The position numbers and the translations under genes were made by a program. 64,000 nucleotides of DNA from Carcharhinus longimanus (lineage: Eukaryota): NCBI GenBank assembly GCA_030264375.1, contig JASCQW010000190.1, positions 70,199,753-70,263,752 on the forward strand, in the 5' to 3' direction. Under the pieces are notes generated by a model. That model was not told the origin of the DNA. It worked only from the letters and a program-made list of their open reading frames with translations, and did no database searches. Shown here piece by piece: positions 47,521 through 61,151 of this stretch. Position 1 is the stretch's first letter. Each line of letters starts with the position of its first letter.

Positions 47521-49009
47521 CTGAAAGTTACCCACCATAAATTGTAGCATGTAAGGCGACACCATTTTTCAGGCCCCAAAAAGTTGTGTTTTTATGTATA
47601 CTTAGTGTATAAGTTGACTCCCCTTTTCAGCTATTTTCTCATTAGTTGTCAACCTTAATTTTTTACTCTGCGTTCTATTTACGGAGCTTTTAACTAAATG
47701 CAAGGGAACAAGCAGCTGATATTGACAGTGTTGCAAAGGTGCATTTGATTTTAAAAGATCCTCACTCTGCGGAAGGTGTTCATAATCTTTCAAAATGGTG
47801 ACCATCTGTGCTGGCGATTTTCTTTTATACTTAATGTCTGAGTTGGCCTTCGTTTTTGGAGGGATTTTTCAAAACTTCAACTGTCGACTTGTACACTGAC
47901 AATGGCAGAATTTGTCCTAACTTTGTTTTTTGTTAGCAAATACTTATCACATAGTGCCCCCCCACACCAGTATCATGAAGTTGTATGCAATAAATTTGTA
48001 TGTGACATTTTATTGAATGTGTTTGGTAATTCAAGTATACAACATCTACTTTTTCCTTTTTATCTACTGCTTCTCTTTTATCCACTGTGCTCATAACATT
48101 CTCAAAGAACTAATGAATTAGTCAAGTTTGTAATGAATTTGTCCACAAATTTGTCTTTTTTCTTTGCACAAAGCACACTCTGATGAATGGTTTAGTTGGT
48201 TTGGAGCTGGTTTAGTTCCTCATGTTTTATTACCAATGTGATGTGACGTCCCATTATTGCAAGAGCTGAATATATGGTTATGGCACCATCCTCTTAATGC
48301 TGCATTGTTCCTCTTGAAGGAATTGTTGGAACTGCTTGAAAGAAAATTTAATTCCTTTCATGCTGCATTTGAAAGGCAACATTGCTAACAGCTTCAGCAA
48401 ATATTTCACCATTTTGAAATGAGCAAAATAGCTAACTTTGCAATGTTGGTAACATGAGTTGATCCACCACAGAGACACAGCATAATGCATCTTTCAAATC
48501 CATGAATACTTGTTGAAAGTCATTTTCAAGCCAGAGTTGTATGTCCTGTGATTCTGGTGTATGAGATACTGGGATTTGTAAGCACTTGAAACTTATCCGA
48601 TGCTGTTTCCAGTTTTTAGTCCTTAATAAACTGGGAATTGCGAAATGACTTGCCTTTACTTAAGATTATGTTGATTAATGTTTCCTATTGGCTCACTGTG
48701 AGGTTTGTAATAATGCCAGAAGAGATTTCTGATTGTCTTTCTGAGTTTGAGACCAAGCCGCTATGAAATATCTAACGAAAAGTGGAAGCTTTCATATTTT
48801 TCTAATTTAATCCATAATGTTTCCAAAATGATTTTCTGGAGAGTTAAGCAATAGTTAAATGACCAGTGATATTTAGTACTGTATTTTCAAAGTTCACTTG
48901 CCCCTTGATTCTATTCAGTAAATTTTTGGTGTTGGCATATGGAATAATTTTTTGTTATTATGAGTCTACTGCCACGACGCAGCTGCAGAGAGAAAGAACA
49001 GTGTTGACC

Positions 49010-49410
49010 AGGACTCAGTGGTAATACTCTTTATTCTAAGGCAGAAAGTTTTGGATTGAAGGCTTAGGAACATGAGCAATCGATCTAGGTTGACTACTCC
49101 AGTTCACTACTGTGAGAGTATTGCACTGTTAAAGATGCTGTCTCTGGATTGAGCTGTGAAAGTTGAGGCACGGTCTGCTCTCTCAACTGGATGTAAAATG
49201 TCTTATTTCCTCTTCAGTGAGGGGATCTTCTCCCAGATGTCTTGCCTGCTTTTAACCTTAAAGCAGATTGTTGGTTGTTGTGTGTAGGATCTTGCTATGC
49301 AAAAATTGGCAGTTCTGCATCATCATAGTAATTACGCTTAAAGTGCATAATTGGCTGCAAAGTTCTTTAGAATGTCCAGAGGTCATAGAATATTATGTAA
49401 CTGGAAGTAT
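49010..49410 (+). mobile_element. DeuSINE-like SINE, degenerate
   Basis: ctcagtggta head, ttgcactgtt..agatgctgtct..ggat body, gatcttgctatgcaaaaattggc...ttggctgcaaag tail. Confidence 0.6.
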
Positions 49411-52400
49411 TTGTCCAGGTTGAGACCGGAAGGAAAATATAAATACATATCTGTGTCAACCAGATTACTCTAAAATGATCATTTTGGCATAGCTTTACCC
49501 TGACTAGTCATGACTCATACCAGAGGACTTTCTAACCTCCAGACAGACTGGTAAAGTTTAATTATCTTTAAAACAAATGGCATTAGTGGCCTTCCCTAGA
49601 GCTGCACAAAACTTATTTATATTTCTAAAAAAGAATTCTGGTCACCAGAGATCCTGTGTTTCCAAGGACAAAGGCAGCTATTTGTGACTAATATCCAATG
49701 TGCGGTCATGGCCCTACTGTTACCTGCTCCAAAACACAATGGGTTTCAACTATGGGTCTCGTTTGTCAATCTAAAACTACACTATCACATTACTGAGACT
49801 TGGATTGTCTGAATTCATTTAACTAATAAGCTGTAGGACCATGTAGTCAGTTTCTTTTTGAAGTCCGAGGGGAAACTGTTACTCCAAGCAACAACTTGTC
49901 ATTGTCTACGATCTTACCATTGAAACGGTAGCAGCAGAAAGATTTCTGTGCAGGTACAATTGCTTGATCCACATCTATAATGTGAGCTAGTGGGCCTTTG
50001 GAGTCTGTGCCTTAAGATTATTTCCACTCTAAATGTCTTCTCTCCTCATGGAATGCTCACTTCTGGAAAGAGGGATCATTCTGTGATAGTAATCCAATCT
50101 ACCCTTGGAATAAATATTCCATTAGACATTAGATTCTGGACTTGCATAAAATCATAACTTGTATCTTTTATTGTGGTCCGACCCTATATTGCCCTTATCC
50201 TTTTTTACCGTATAAGTGCATAAACAGGCGGCCACTGCGAAACCTCTTCTGCGTTAACACTTTTATTTTATCTTATCTCGCTTTTGCTGTGCAAGCTATT
50301 CATAGAAGTTTGGGATATTCCATTTTTAAGGCAAATATGCCACCACTTATAAAGGAGAGAAATCAAAAATAAAAATTCTGTTTGTGGACAGGCTGTGAGG
50401 AGAAGTCAGAGCTGTTTAAATTAACCCCCCTCCTTTCTATAACATCTTTTAATATGTTACAGAACGATATGAGACTGTTATGCAGAATGGCAGATGCACA
50501 TGGGGTTCATGTTACTATCTCCACTTACACTGGAAACAGATTAAAAGTTTCATCTCCCAACTTGTGCTGGAAAGTTCTGCCACTTATCAATGTGCTCTCA
50601 GGCTAATTTACGTTTACTTTCTTTTCACTTTTATAATGTTACAAAGAAAACAATTTTTTTCTACATCTATCCTTGGATTTAAAATTGTATTTGAATTTAC
50701 TTGTCTCACATGGTCCAGCCAGTTCCCTCTCAGTCATGTTCTCTCTTGGTTTCCCTGAGCTTTCCTTCCGAGTATGATTCTTCTAGTTTGCCATGCTCCA
50801 GTTGATTCTCTGTTTTGGCATTTGCTGCTCTGTTTTGCCCAACCATGTTATTTTTGGATTAATTTTAATTGTTCCTTTGGTCTTTATTAAGAGTCACGGT
50901 CCACTTCAACCACACCCTTCCCTCCACCATGCAACACATTAGTTATTGGCACCAAATTCCATATGCAATCCTGATGTGCATCAGGCCCAATCCAATAGTT
51001 ATGTTGTATGCGATGTAAACTTGAGTTGGAACTGATTTTCTATTAGATCCTCATCCTAATGTTTTCTATACATGGAACTGTATTACAGAACCTCAGTTTT
51101 CTCAAAGCTAGAAATAAATTATGCACAAAAGCCTTCTCGATGCACTTCTCTCTGGGAATTACAAATGCCACATTCACTTTTTGTCTTTATTTCCAGGTCA
51201 CTTAACAGTTCCCTTGGATTTGCTTGTTCTTCTGTAGTATGCCGATTAATATTAAATTTTCCAAAGCAGCTATTGTGCTACTATTAGAAAATGTTTCAGC
51301 TGGGAATATGAAGCAAAGTCCAGTTTTATACATACATTCCATAAAATAACACCCTAATTTTACAACAGGCTTTAATAATGATAAATGGGTTTGATAATTA
51401 AATAATCTGAAATGAAGTGGATGGAGCTTTTGTTCGGGAACTGGGGCTTAAGTTCCGGATCTTGAGTGCTTCGGATTCCATCAGCCATGAATAAATTCTG
51501 CTTGAGAGAGAAAAATGCATCATCATAATGAAATTATAGCTTTTACTTTACTTATTTGGAACAGCAATGCATAGGCAGAAAGTTTACAACTTACTGAGGG
51601 GTGTGGCTAATGAGGCAGGGGGAATGGGGGAAGGCAGCAATATCATATATAACTTTAACTTCTGCTGTGCCATAAAAGCAAAATCAGAGCCAAAAACGTT
51701 TTTTTACACATTGTGACATTGGCGAAGATTGAATTTTGGCGTAGGCGATGGAGAGGCATGTTTGGTGTACTTTGGTGCTGAGCCCAGATGACATGGCCTC
51801 TGCATGACAGCCAAATCATGATGAGTAAGCATCTGGTCGGGCATTGGTTACTGGAGCCTGAGCAATGGAGAAAATCTTACCACTTGATGCTGTATCAAAA
51901 ACAGCTTCAAAAAATTGTACAAATTAACAATTAGGGGACAATACTAAACAGTGTGTAAACAACAGAAAAAGGAGAAATGTATTATTTTTGTGGGGGAAGA
52001 ATAGAAAGTAAATAAATGGAGTGCTTGTATTCTGAAAATCCATTGTGGAAATTGAAGCAAAAAAACTGCTAGAATGCAAATAATTGAGAACTTAGGGTTT
52101 TGGAGAAAGGAGGTAAAATATAGCTACTTTGTATATTCAGAATTTGTAAAGTACTATCTAAATATACTGTAGATATTATATCTGCAACGTCTGAACTTTT
52201 AGCATAAGATATAGAATATTTCTATCTTGGGCCATTCATGTAATCTATTGTTTGAATAAATTTGTTATATCTTGATTTAATTTAAACTGCAACAAATCAT
52301 GGTAAACATCAGACACATTCAAAGGTCTCTGTTTATCTTTCAGTATTGCAGTGTGAGGTCTTGCAGGCAGTTTTACTCTGATCCATTTCAGTTAGCAGGC

Positions 52401-53939
52401 AGCCTTAGTGATGTCATATGAAATTGTTATTCTAACCTTGCATGTTTTTGATTTTCTTTTCAGTCTACGCACATAGAATTTGTCATAGTTCAGAGTTTAG
52501 AATGTAACATAGTTGCCTGTATACTGTACTGAATTTAGTTTTAAAAAAATGTTTTGCTGCAAAATACAGTTCAAAAATTTTAAATGGAGCTGCAATCTTT
52601 TGTTGGCCATGCATCACGTTCGTTGTGCATCCTGAGTGTAGATCTCTTGAGATTTTCTGTTACAGCGAATTAGAAAGCACTTGGGGTCAGAAAAGAAGGA
52701 AGGAAGAAAGACTCACATTTCTATAATGCCTTTTGTGACTTCAGGACATCCCAAAATGCTTTACATCCAGTTTAGTGCTTTTGAAGAGTACTCACTTTTG
52801 AAATAATGTGGAATAATCACTCTGGAAACTTTGGAATATGGTAGCTTATGTCTGCAGCAGTGTTGCTGAAATGCAAAGTTTGAATATTTTGAGCGAGGAA
52901 ATTATACCTTATGCTGACCGGTTCATCAAAATCTTTTAGTCCAATTTCTGTCTTGTAGGAGATACTTCTGCCTACTAATTTATATAGGAAACACTAATGT
53001 ATAGTTATGAATCTTGGTTTGTTCTGAGAACTTTCCAATTAGTTAATTTCTATTCTGTCTCTTGATGCATTAAGGTACAAATCTTGAATCATCCCTTTCT
53101 AATACAGATGTAAGGGGATTTGCATCATGGTTGCTTCTTGTAGTCCGTGCTTAAAACACAGGTGCAAAAAATGGGTTTGGGGCAGTGCATGTTTGTTCTG
53201 ATGGTTTCCTGCTTCTTCCAAGTGTAATGTTGGAAACTGCATTCATCTACAGGCAGATTGTGTGCCTGTGAACTATTGAGGTCTACCAATTGTAGTTGCA
53301 GGGCAACTATCTCACAGATCATTAAAATATTTGTCAAAAAGATCAAGCAATTAGACCATTCCAATCAATTCAACTGTGCTATGTAATTGACGATCATTTA
53401 CTTAACATATTACGAGAGATATAATTTCTAGTGTCCTTTGCATCTTTGAAGAATGTTGAGCAGCACATCTGTGACAGATTTTGTGCATAGTTGCATCCTC
53501 TGTTTCCCTTTCAAACGTTATACTGAACTCAGTTGTATTTTGATCACTATTAGATAAACATTCACACTCCATTAGGTTGTTAATAAACCTGGCTCGTTAC
53601 TAAATCTAATATTGCATGCCCCCATTGTTGGTTCTAGAACATATAGCTGAAGAAAATGTCCTAAATACACTCGAGAAATTTGCAAACCTTCAGACAAGTG
53701 GTAGCCTGCTTATCCCAATCTACACGAAAGTTAATATTTCCTATTAAAATTACTCCTCCTTTGCTTGTGCTCTCCATCTTTCCTATTGATTTCAACCTGG
53801 TATATTTAGGTGTCAGTCTTGACTATCTTGTTGCAACATCTCAGTAATGGCTACTTTCTACATGGTTCCTTGTATTCCTTGCATTTGGGCAAAAGAATGC
53901 TTATTTGGGCTACACACCCAAACCAATCCTTGTGCTCAG

Positions 53940-54150
53940 ACAAAAACAGAAAATGGTGGAGAGACTCAGCAGGTCTGACAGCATCTGTGGAGAGAATAGA
54001 GCCAACTTTTCGAGTCTAGATGACCCTTCATAAGAGCACATCCAGACAAGAAACACTGGCTCGATGCTTTCTCTGCAGATGTTATCAGACCTGCTGAGTT
54101 TCTCCAGCATTTTCTGTTTTTATCTCAGATTCCAGCATCTGCAATATTTT
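53940..54150. repeat. Penelope-type palindromic terminal element; related pieces at about 17190-17325, 18735-18850 and 63450-63600
   Basis: aaacagaaaatggtggagagactcagcaggtctgacagcatctg...cagatgttatcagacctgctgagtttctccagcattttctgttt forms an inverted repeat. Confidence 0.75.
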
Positions 54151-55022
54151 GCCTGTCGTTGTGCTATATTGTTTTACTCACATTTCCTATTTCTTTCCCC
54201 TGCTTTAATTAATCCCCATCTGATCGTTTTCCCCTTATGTGTGATGCCAAATGGACAATTTATGACTGTTACTTTGTTTGTTTCCCTTTTATTTGTTTTC
54301 AAACTATTTTTGTTGCTTTTCCACCTGATTTTTTTTCCCCCACTCCCTACCCACATGTTAGTTTAAAACCCTCGTGACTGTCCCTTTTTTTTCCACAGAG
54401 CTCAGGTCCAAACCCAATCTAGGTGGACCTGCTTCCTGTCCTACTGCCAGTGTCCCATGAACCTCTACTTCTCACATTATTACTTCAGCCTCACTCAGCC
54501 TGTTCATCTCTCTAAGTTGCTTATCCCTACGCTTGTTTGCATATGACTCTGGTAATAATCAAGGGATTTATTATCCTTGCGTTCCTGATCTTTGAGCTTA
54601 GCTCCTTAGTTCCTGGCAGTCTCCAAATAGGACTCTTGCTTGCTTTGCATTTGTTGGTCCCATCATGGATCACAATGACTGGGTTCTCTCCTTCCTTCCC
54701 CTCTTGCTCCTCTCTTTCTGCTTCTTTTCAGATCCTTCTTGCTACCCACTGCTTTGAGTAGACCCTCAGATTTTCTCCTCCTCTAGCTCAGTATGAAGTA
54801 ATGAAGTGCCCTGTGATTGTTAAAAATATGTAAATATGTCAAACATATAAGTTATTTTGTGATGTTGTGTTGCATATGTCCAGCATGAACACACGAGGGC
54901 AGTAAGCGTGCAAAATTGAATGAGTCAATGAACAGAAACTGCAGTCATTTGGAATTGGTTTTATGATTAACTGAAAAATTCATCAATTTGTCTTTGCTAA
55001 TTAAATTGTCTTAAATTTACAG

Positions 55023-55112
55023 ATAATTGATAAGAGCAAACGAGACCCTTCAGAGGAGATTGAGATACTTATGCGCTATGGACAGCATCCAAACATCATT
55101 ACTTTGAAAGAT
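55023..55112 (+). CDS. RPS6KA6: RSK4 exon (90 bp): [30 protein letters not shown]
   Basis: ttacag| ... GAT|gtaagc. [10 protein letters not shown] is RSK4-type. Confidence 0.96.
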
Positions 55113-55914
55113 GTAAGCTCATAGTTTAATTCGAATTGCTTTTGTAACTTGCAACATTTTTAAAGGCTAATATTGCAGGACACCTGTTCCAGATGTTTCT
55201 TTTACATTCTTTTCATCTATTTAACAGGGTTCAAAGAATCCAAAGCAATCTGCTTTTTATTTGTTTAATTGAGTTTCTGAATCATGCTGTAACAGTCGAC
55301 TTGCTTGAATATATATTGCTGTTACATCCTTGTTGCTGGGTCACTATCCTGGAACTCCATACCTGTATACTTAACACCGTTGTGGGAGCAATTTCACTAC
55401 AAGGACCACAGTGGCTCAAAGGGCAGACCCACCACCCAGTCAGAGCAAATAGGGATGGGCAATGCATACCGACATTGAGTTCAAATTATAGTGAGTAGTT
55501 TGTATCTGTAGTGAAAGTGACTCAGATGGCCTGTGGAAGCGGTTAGTACAAACCTCTTAACATTTGCAATACCTTGTTTATGTTGATACAATGCAAATCC
55601 ACATCTTGTGCCTGTCTTCACGTTAACATCCAGAGGTCCTGTACGGAATGGTTATTGTGAATGTATTGACTGTCATTCTCAAAAGGTTTAATCTTAGCGC
55701 CAACTCGTACTGTCCTGATTTTGTTTGATTAACACTTTATCATACCTTGTATGGGAACCATAAAAATGATAGCATCAATGCTCTTTTCCCCCACCCCACC
55801 AGCCCCAACTACTCTCCCACTCCCATTTGGACTACAGTCAGAAACTGGTGTCATATCATTATTTTTGGATTGACTTGAAAAGTAGCAATATAACTCTACC
55901 TTCACAAGCTTGTA

Positions 55915-56229
55915 CCATAAAATCTACAGTGCAGAAAGAGGCCATTTGGCCCATCAGGCCTGAACCACCAATAGTCCCACTCAGGCCCTACGCCTGTAAC
56001 CCCATATATTTACCTTACTAATCCACCTGACAAACTAAGGGGCAATTTAACATGGCCAGTCATTCTAACCTGCACACCTTTGGACAGTTGAGGAAACTGG
56101 AGCACTCGGAAGAAACCAACACAGACACCGGGAGTGCAAACTTCACACAGCCACCCAAGGCTGGAAGTGAACCTGGGTCCCTGGTGCTGTGAGGCAGCAA
56201 TGCTAACCATTGTGCCACCATGTTGCCCC
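55915..56229 (-). mobile_element. HE1-like V-SINE
   Basis: Homologous to 2589-2912 over its whole length. Confidence 0.85.
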
Positions 56230-57181
56230 AATGTCAATAAAGGAATTGTAGCTAGCAAGAGTTGGGATACGCTTTCCTGTGACTTTACCTTTAGAATGGT
56301 GTCCAATGCATGACATTATAGAATGAGTCCAATTATAACGGATAGTGTGACATTGTTTGATTTTGGTCGTTCTTGAATTATGTGACTCCCACCCTGTCAC
56401 GTTCCCTCACCCCCACCCCCAACCATAATCATTACTTGGGTATTGGCATTTAAGGTGTATACAAAGAACATGCAAGCCCTAAAGCAAAATTTATGCTATA
56501 TCTATCCAATTGTTGAACAAATATGTAAAGAGAAATGTTCTTCAAAAGCAGTGGAATCTGGGTTCTGGGATGGGCCAGGTGACGTGGTAGAGTAGTATGC
56601 TGGACTTTGTGGAATAGGGAACATGGGCTACAGGAATATGGGGGGATAAGGGGCAGGGCACTGGGCTCTGGGGTAGAGGGCATAGGCTGTTGGACTTTGT
56701 TGGAGAGTTGGAGCACTGTTGGACTCTGAATGTTCATGACTGAATTATCTGTGATAATGATCGTGTGTGCAAATGAATTTTGCTTGTGTATGCAACTGCA
56801 TAAATTCTCATATATAAATAAATTCTGGCTATTTTTATTCAATTGATTTTAAAAATGCACACCTAGCTTTTCCCAAAAATACCATCATCTCTGTGTTATG
56901 TATGTATGTGAGCTTAAACTACCATGGGATTGAGCTTTATATTGGGTGGGATCTTACGGCCTTGCTTGGGTGAAACCGAAAATTCCCACCTGCGGTGAAT
57001 GGAGATTTCTGTTGTCGGACCTTCACCCACGTTGATTCAGTGACAGGTGAGGTGGTAAAGTTCTGGCCAGTGGGTCCAAATAATGTTGTAAACATGTTTG
57101 TTAAATTTAAAGTTTCTTCAAGAATGACCTTGTTGCAAGACAGTTTAACATAATTTGTTGTTGGCTGTTTTGCACGCACAG

Positions 57182-57340
57182 GTTTACGATGATGGCCGGT
57201 ATGTTTACCTTGTCACTGAACTATTGAAAGGAGGCGAGTTGCTTGATCGACTCCTTCGACAGAAGTACTTCTCTGAACGGGAAGCCAGTGCTGTGCTATT
57301 CACAATAACAAAAACAGTAGAATATCTTCACTGTCAAGGG
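57182..57340 (+). CDS. RPS6KA6: RSK4 exon (159 bp): [53 protein letters not shown]
   Basis: cacag| ... GGG|gtaagt. Thr gatekeeper; LHCQG is RSK4-type. Confidence 0.96.
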
Positions 57341-58471
57341 GTAAGTCATTAAGCTTACAGCAAATCATAATTCCTTAGAGCCTTAATGTATATGTGTAAC
57401 ATAATTCTCTTTCATAGAACAAAGAACAAAGAACAACCCAGCACGGGAAACAGGCCCTTCGGCCCAACAAGCCCGCGCCGCCGCATCACCCTNNNNNNNN
57501 NNNNNNNNNNNNNNNNNNNNNNNNNNNNNNNNNNNNNNNNNNNNNNNNNNNNNNNNNNNNNNNNNNNNNNNNNNNNNNNNNNNNNNNNNNNNAGAGCAGC
57601 CCACGCACGACCCACCGTGTGCATGCCCCTCGTTTGACAACGAGGTGGACCTCCACCTGCGGAATAAAAAGACATGTTTTTGCTTCAGCGTTAAAAATGC
57701 ACGTGTAGAGAAAATACTTTAGGATTCTTTGTCTTAGCTAACTTGAATATAGCACCTTGCTTTTTCTTTTAATTCTTTAAATGCAAAGCCAGTATTTGTT
57801 GCTCATCCTCTGAGAAGATAGTGATGAACCTATAAAGGAACCTTGCTGAAATTTCTTTCATATTGCACACAGTGACTTTTTAGAAAGAAAGTGTAACAAC
57901 TAGGAGAGGGGAATAGGCCATGCAGCCCATTGAGCCTCTTCTATCACTCAGTGGCTAAACCTCTGCTTCAGCTCCACTTTCTTACTGTACCTCTATATTC
58001 CTAGATTCCCTTAGTGCCCAACAGTCTAAAGCTAGAGCATTATAAATTTACTTATTTCAAATTAAGTTAGCTGGATTTGGACCTTGTGTTACTACTGTGT
58101 TCTGAGGAGTCTGCTAGTTTGTGTGTATATTCATTCAAGTTGCAACATTTCACAAATGTGAATTATTTAATTTATTCCAACATTCATTTTTAGTAAATGA
58201 ATTTGTGACCTTTTTCTCTGCAGAAGGGGTTTTAGTAACAAAACCTACTGCCAATGTTCCCTTTTACTGAGCCACAATCATGCATGGACTTTGAAAATGT
58301 TAACCTGTAACAAATGCAAAGTATGTTCTGTTTAGACTGCAGAAATTCATCAAGAGGAATCCTCTCTCTATAAAACTTGCTGCAACTTTTGATAATGTTC
58401 CTGTAATGTAAATGATGTTTTAGTGTTCCAGGTGAGCTGTGTGAATAATTTGTGGTTTTTTGTACTTAAAG

Positions 58472-58633
58472 GTTGTGCACAGGGATTTAAAGCCAAGCAA
58501 TATTTTGTATATGGATGAATCTGGTGATCCTGAATCTATCCGGATATGTGACTTTGGCTTTGCTAAACAGCTGCGTGGTGAGAATGGCCTGCTCATGACC
58601 CCGTGTTACACAGCCAACTTTGTGGCTCCTGAG
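58472..58633 (+). CDS. RPS6KA6: RSK4 exon (162 bp): [58 protein letters not shown] catalytic and activation loops
   Basis: ttaaag| (AAG acceptor) ... GAG|gtatgc. HRD, DFG, ERK-site TP and APE motifs. Confidence 0.97.
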
Positions 58634-59019
58634 GTATGCCAACAATCCTCCTCACCTGTTGCATTTAAAGAAACTAATACTTTACTGATAAATTGTTAAG
58701 ATCAATCAGTTCTCTCACCTGGAATCTGGGGTAAGTTTATGAAACCATTGATTGGTTGTCATAACCTTTAACTCTCTGTTCTAAAGAGTGGGACTGCTAC
58801 ATGACTTAGTAGCACCAAAAGAATCTAGCAAGTTTTAAAATAATCAAATAGCTCAGGTGCTGATTTGTCTACTGATTTCCCCTCAACTGCAGTTTACTTG
58901 GACTGTCCTAAATGGGAACTAACTTACAGCAAAATGTAATTGAGATTACATTACATGGGTTACAAACTGCTGCCTATGGACCATGTGCTGCCTGAGCCTT
59001 GGCAATGTAGCCCATCTAA

Positions 59020-60050
59020 ACTTACTAAGTGGTAAGATTCTAGCCTCTCAGTTAGAAATTCTCAGGTTCAAGTCTCACTGCAGCAACTTGTTCAGCACAT
59101 AATCTAAGATACAGACTAGTATTGAGGGCAGTACTGCACTATTGGAAGTGCTGTTTCCCAGTTGAGATATTATCCTGAGTATCTCAACTGGATGTTAAAA
59201 AGTCCCATTGTCACTATGTTGAAGATGACTAGGGAAATTCTCCCACGTTCTGATTAATATTTATCCCCAGCCCAAGTGATTGAAACACATTGAACCAAAT
59301 TTTCTGAAAAAATAATGGTGCAGCTGTAACACACATGTCCAAACTGGCTGGCATTTTCAGAGGTTGAGGTATGTATTTCCAGAAGTTAGTTGATTTTTAT
59401 TGTTTTACCATTGTGCCTCACCAGCATATTTCACCCTTATCCTTCCAGTTATTTTTTTTGCTGGATTTGCCCATTAATTTCCAATTTTAAACTCACTGCA
59501 GTAATTTAGGGCTCATAATTAGCAGATTAAATACCCTTTTAACAACATAATAGTTAATGCACTGCTCATGAATCTCCCAGCTAAGAAAATGAGCAATGTA
59601 ACAATTCCTTCAGGTAGTGAATTGTTAAGAGATTTTTATTATAAATTTTGATTTTTTTTTCTTTCCAGCTGTCTTAATTTTCCTGTACCTGATTTGACTA
59701 ATTCATTCACCTTCTCTGTCATGCCTTTCGTTTCCTTCTCAACCCTTAAATTTCTTGAGTTAAGGAGTTACCCTGTTGAATCTGTTGTTCATTAAAGTCT
59801 CAGATGCTGTGTTGTCAGTTTGCACTTCCAGCAAGATATGGTGAAGATTATATTTGAGCTGAAGATTGCTGGAAAAGGTTGAACCAATTGGGTACATAAT
59901 GAAATGCATCCCTTCGGTTAGATTTGGCCCATTGCTATTATCACATTGTTATTTGTAGGACATTGTGCAAACTGCCTGCTGACTTTTCTACATTGTGTTT
60001 CCTTGTCTGTAAAGAACGCCTGTGTGTCCTGCGACAGTGAAAGGCCCCAT
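59020..60050 (+). mobile_element. DeuSINE-like SINE split by a Harbinger-like MITE (59292-59930)
   Basis: SINE head and body at 59020-59291, tail resuming at 59931. Insert ends gaaccaaat / atttggccc are flanked by att on both sides. Confidence 0.6.
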
Positions 60051-61074
60051 GTGATTTCATGTGATTGAAAGGCCAGAAAACTTTCTTCTGTATTCTGTTT
60101 CTTTCTCTTTCATTTGCCCCTTTTTAATTTTGTGAATTTAAGTGTTTGGAAAAGGCCATTCTTAACATATTGCCCCACTTTGTGAAAAATTTCTAATCAA
60201 AGTACCAAAGTTTGATTGCACAAGCACTTTGTAAAATGTGAAGGTTAATGAAAAGAAAAATGTTTTTATGTTATATCATATCTTCAGGATGTCCCAAGGT
60301 GCGTTATAATAAAATGCCACCACTGTTGGAACAGAGCAGCTCCTGCCCCTAACAAGGTTTCAGGCACAACAATGCTATGACAGATCAGTTGATCTGTTTT
60401 GTTGGTGTTGATTTAGTAAAGTATGTTGTCTAGGACATCAGATGAACTGTCCTGCTCTTCTTTGAATATTGTCATAGGATTTGTTTTATACGCCTAACTG
60501 GATAGTAACAGGCAGAGCTTTAGGCTTAATGTTTCATCAGAAACACAGTGCAGCACTGAAACGAAGTCTGGCCAAGATTATCTGCTCAAAAATTATTGGT
60601 TTAAACTTTAACATGGTCCATAAGGCATGAAAACTCAAAGCAAAAATATTGGTGCGCTCCATTTGGACTCCATCTGTGCAGGGAGAAGAAGTGACACTTT
60701 GACTGTAAATTCTTCCTCAGAACTGAAAGATATTATGAATTAAAAGCATTTTAAAAAGACTGGAATTGGAAAAAAGGCAAAAAGAAGCACAATGACTATA
60801 TGCAAAGGAAGGAATCGAATGTTCTGTAAAGTGTTCGGTGGAGAACAGGAAATGGTTAAATGGCATAAGTGATATTCATTTGAGATAAAAGGAAATGTAA
60901 TGTGAAATTAGAAGAAACAGTGTTGAAAACTTCTCCACTGTTTTGAAAAAAGTGGTAACATATGATCAAGGCTTTTTGGAACAAAGAAGCATATAACAAA
61001 TCAAGCCTTTAATAATTAGGCTAGTTTTTTTTTTGACTGTAATTTGTTGAAAGGTACACCTTTTTGTTTTTCAG

Positions 61075-61151
61075 GTTCTTATGCGACAGGGTTACGATGC
61101 TGCATGTGACATCTGGAGCCTTGGAGTGCTTCTATACACCATGTTGGCTGG
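61075..61151 (+). CDS. RPS6KA6: RSK4 exon (77 bp): [25 protein letters not shown](G)
   Basis: tttttcag| ... GG|gtaggt. Last exon found; the following YTPFANG exon was not seen before 64000. Confidence 0.96.

Noticed and set aside
47550-47900. Tigger/pogo-like transposon ends (gtataagttgac...gtcgacttgtac)
   Set aside because: The similarity is too degraded to define boundaries or a TSD by eye.
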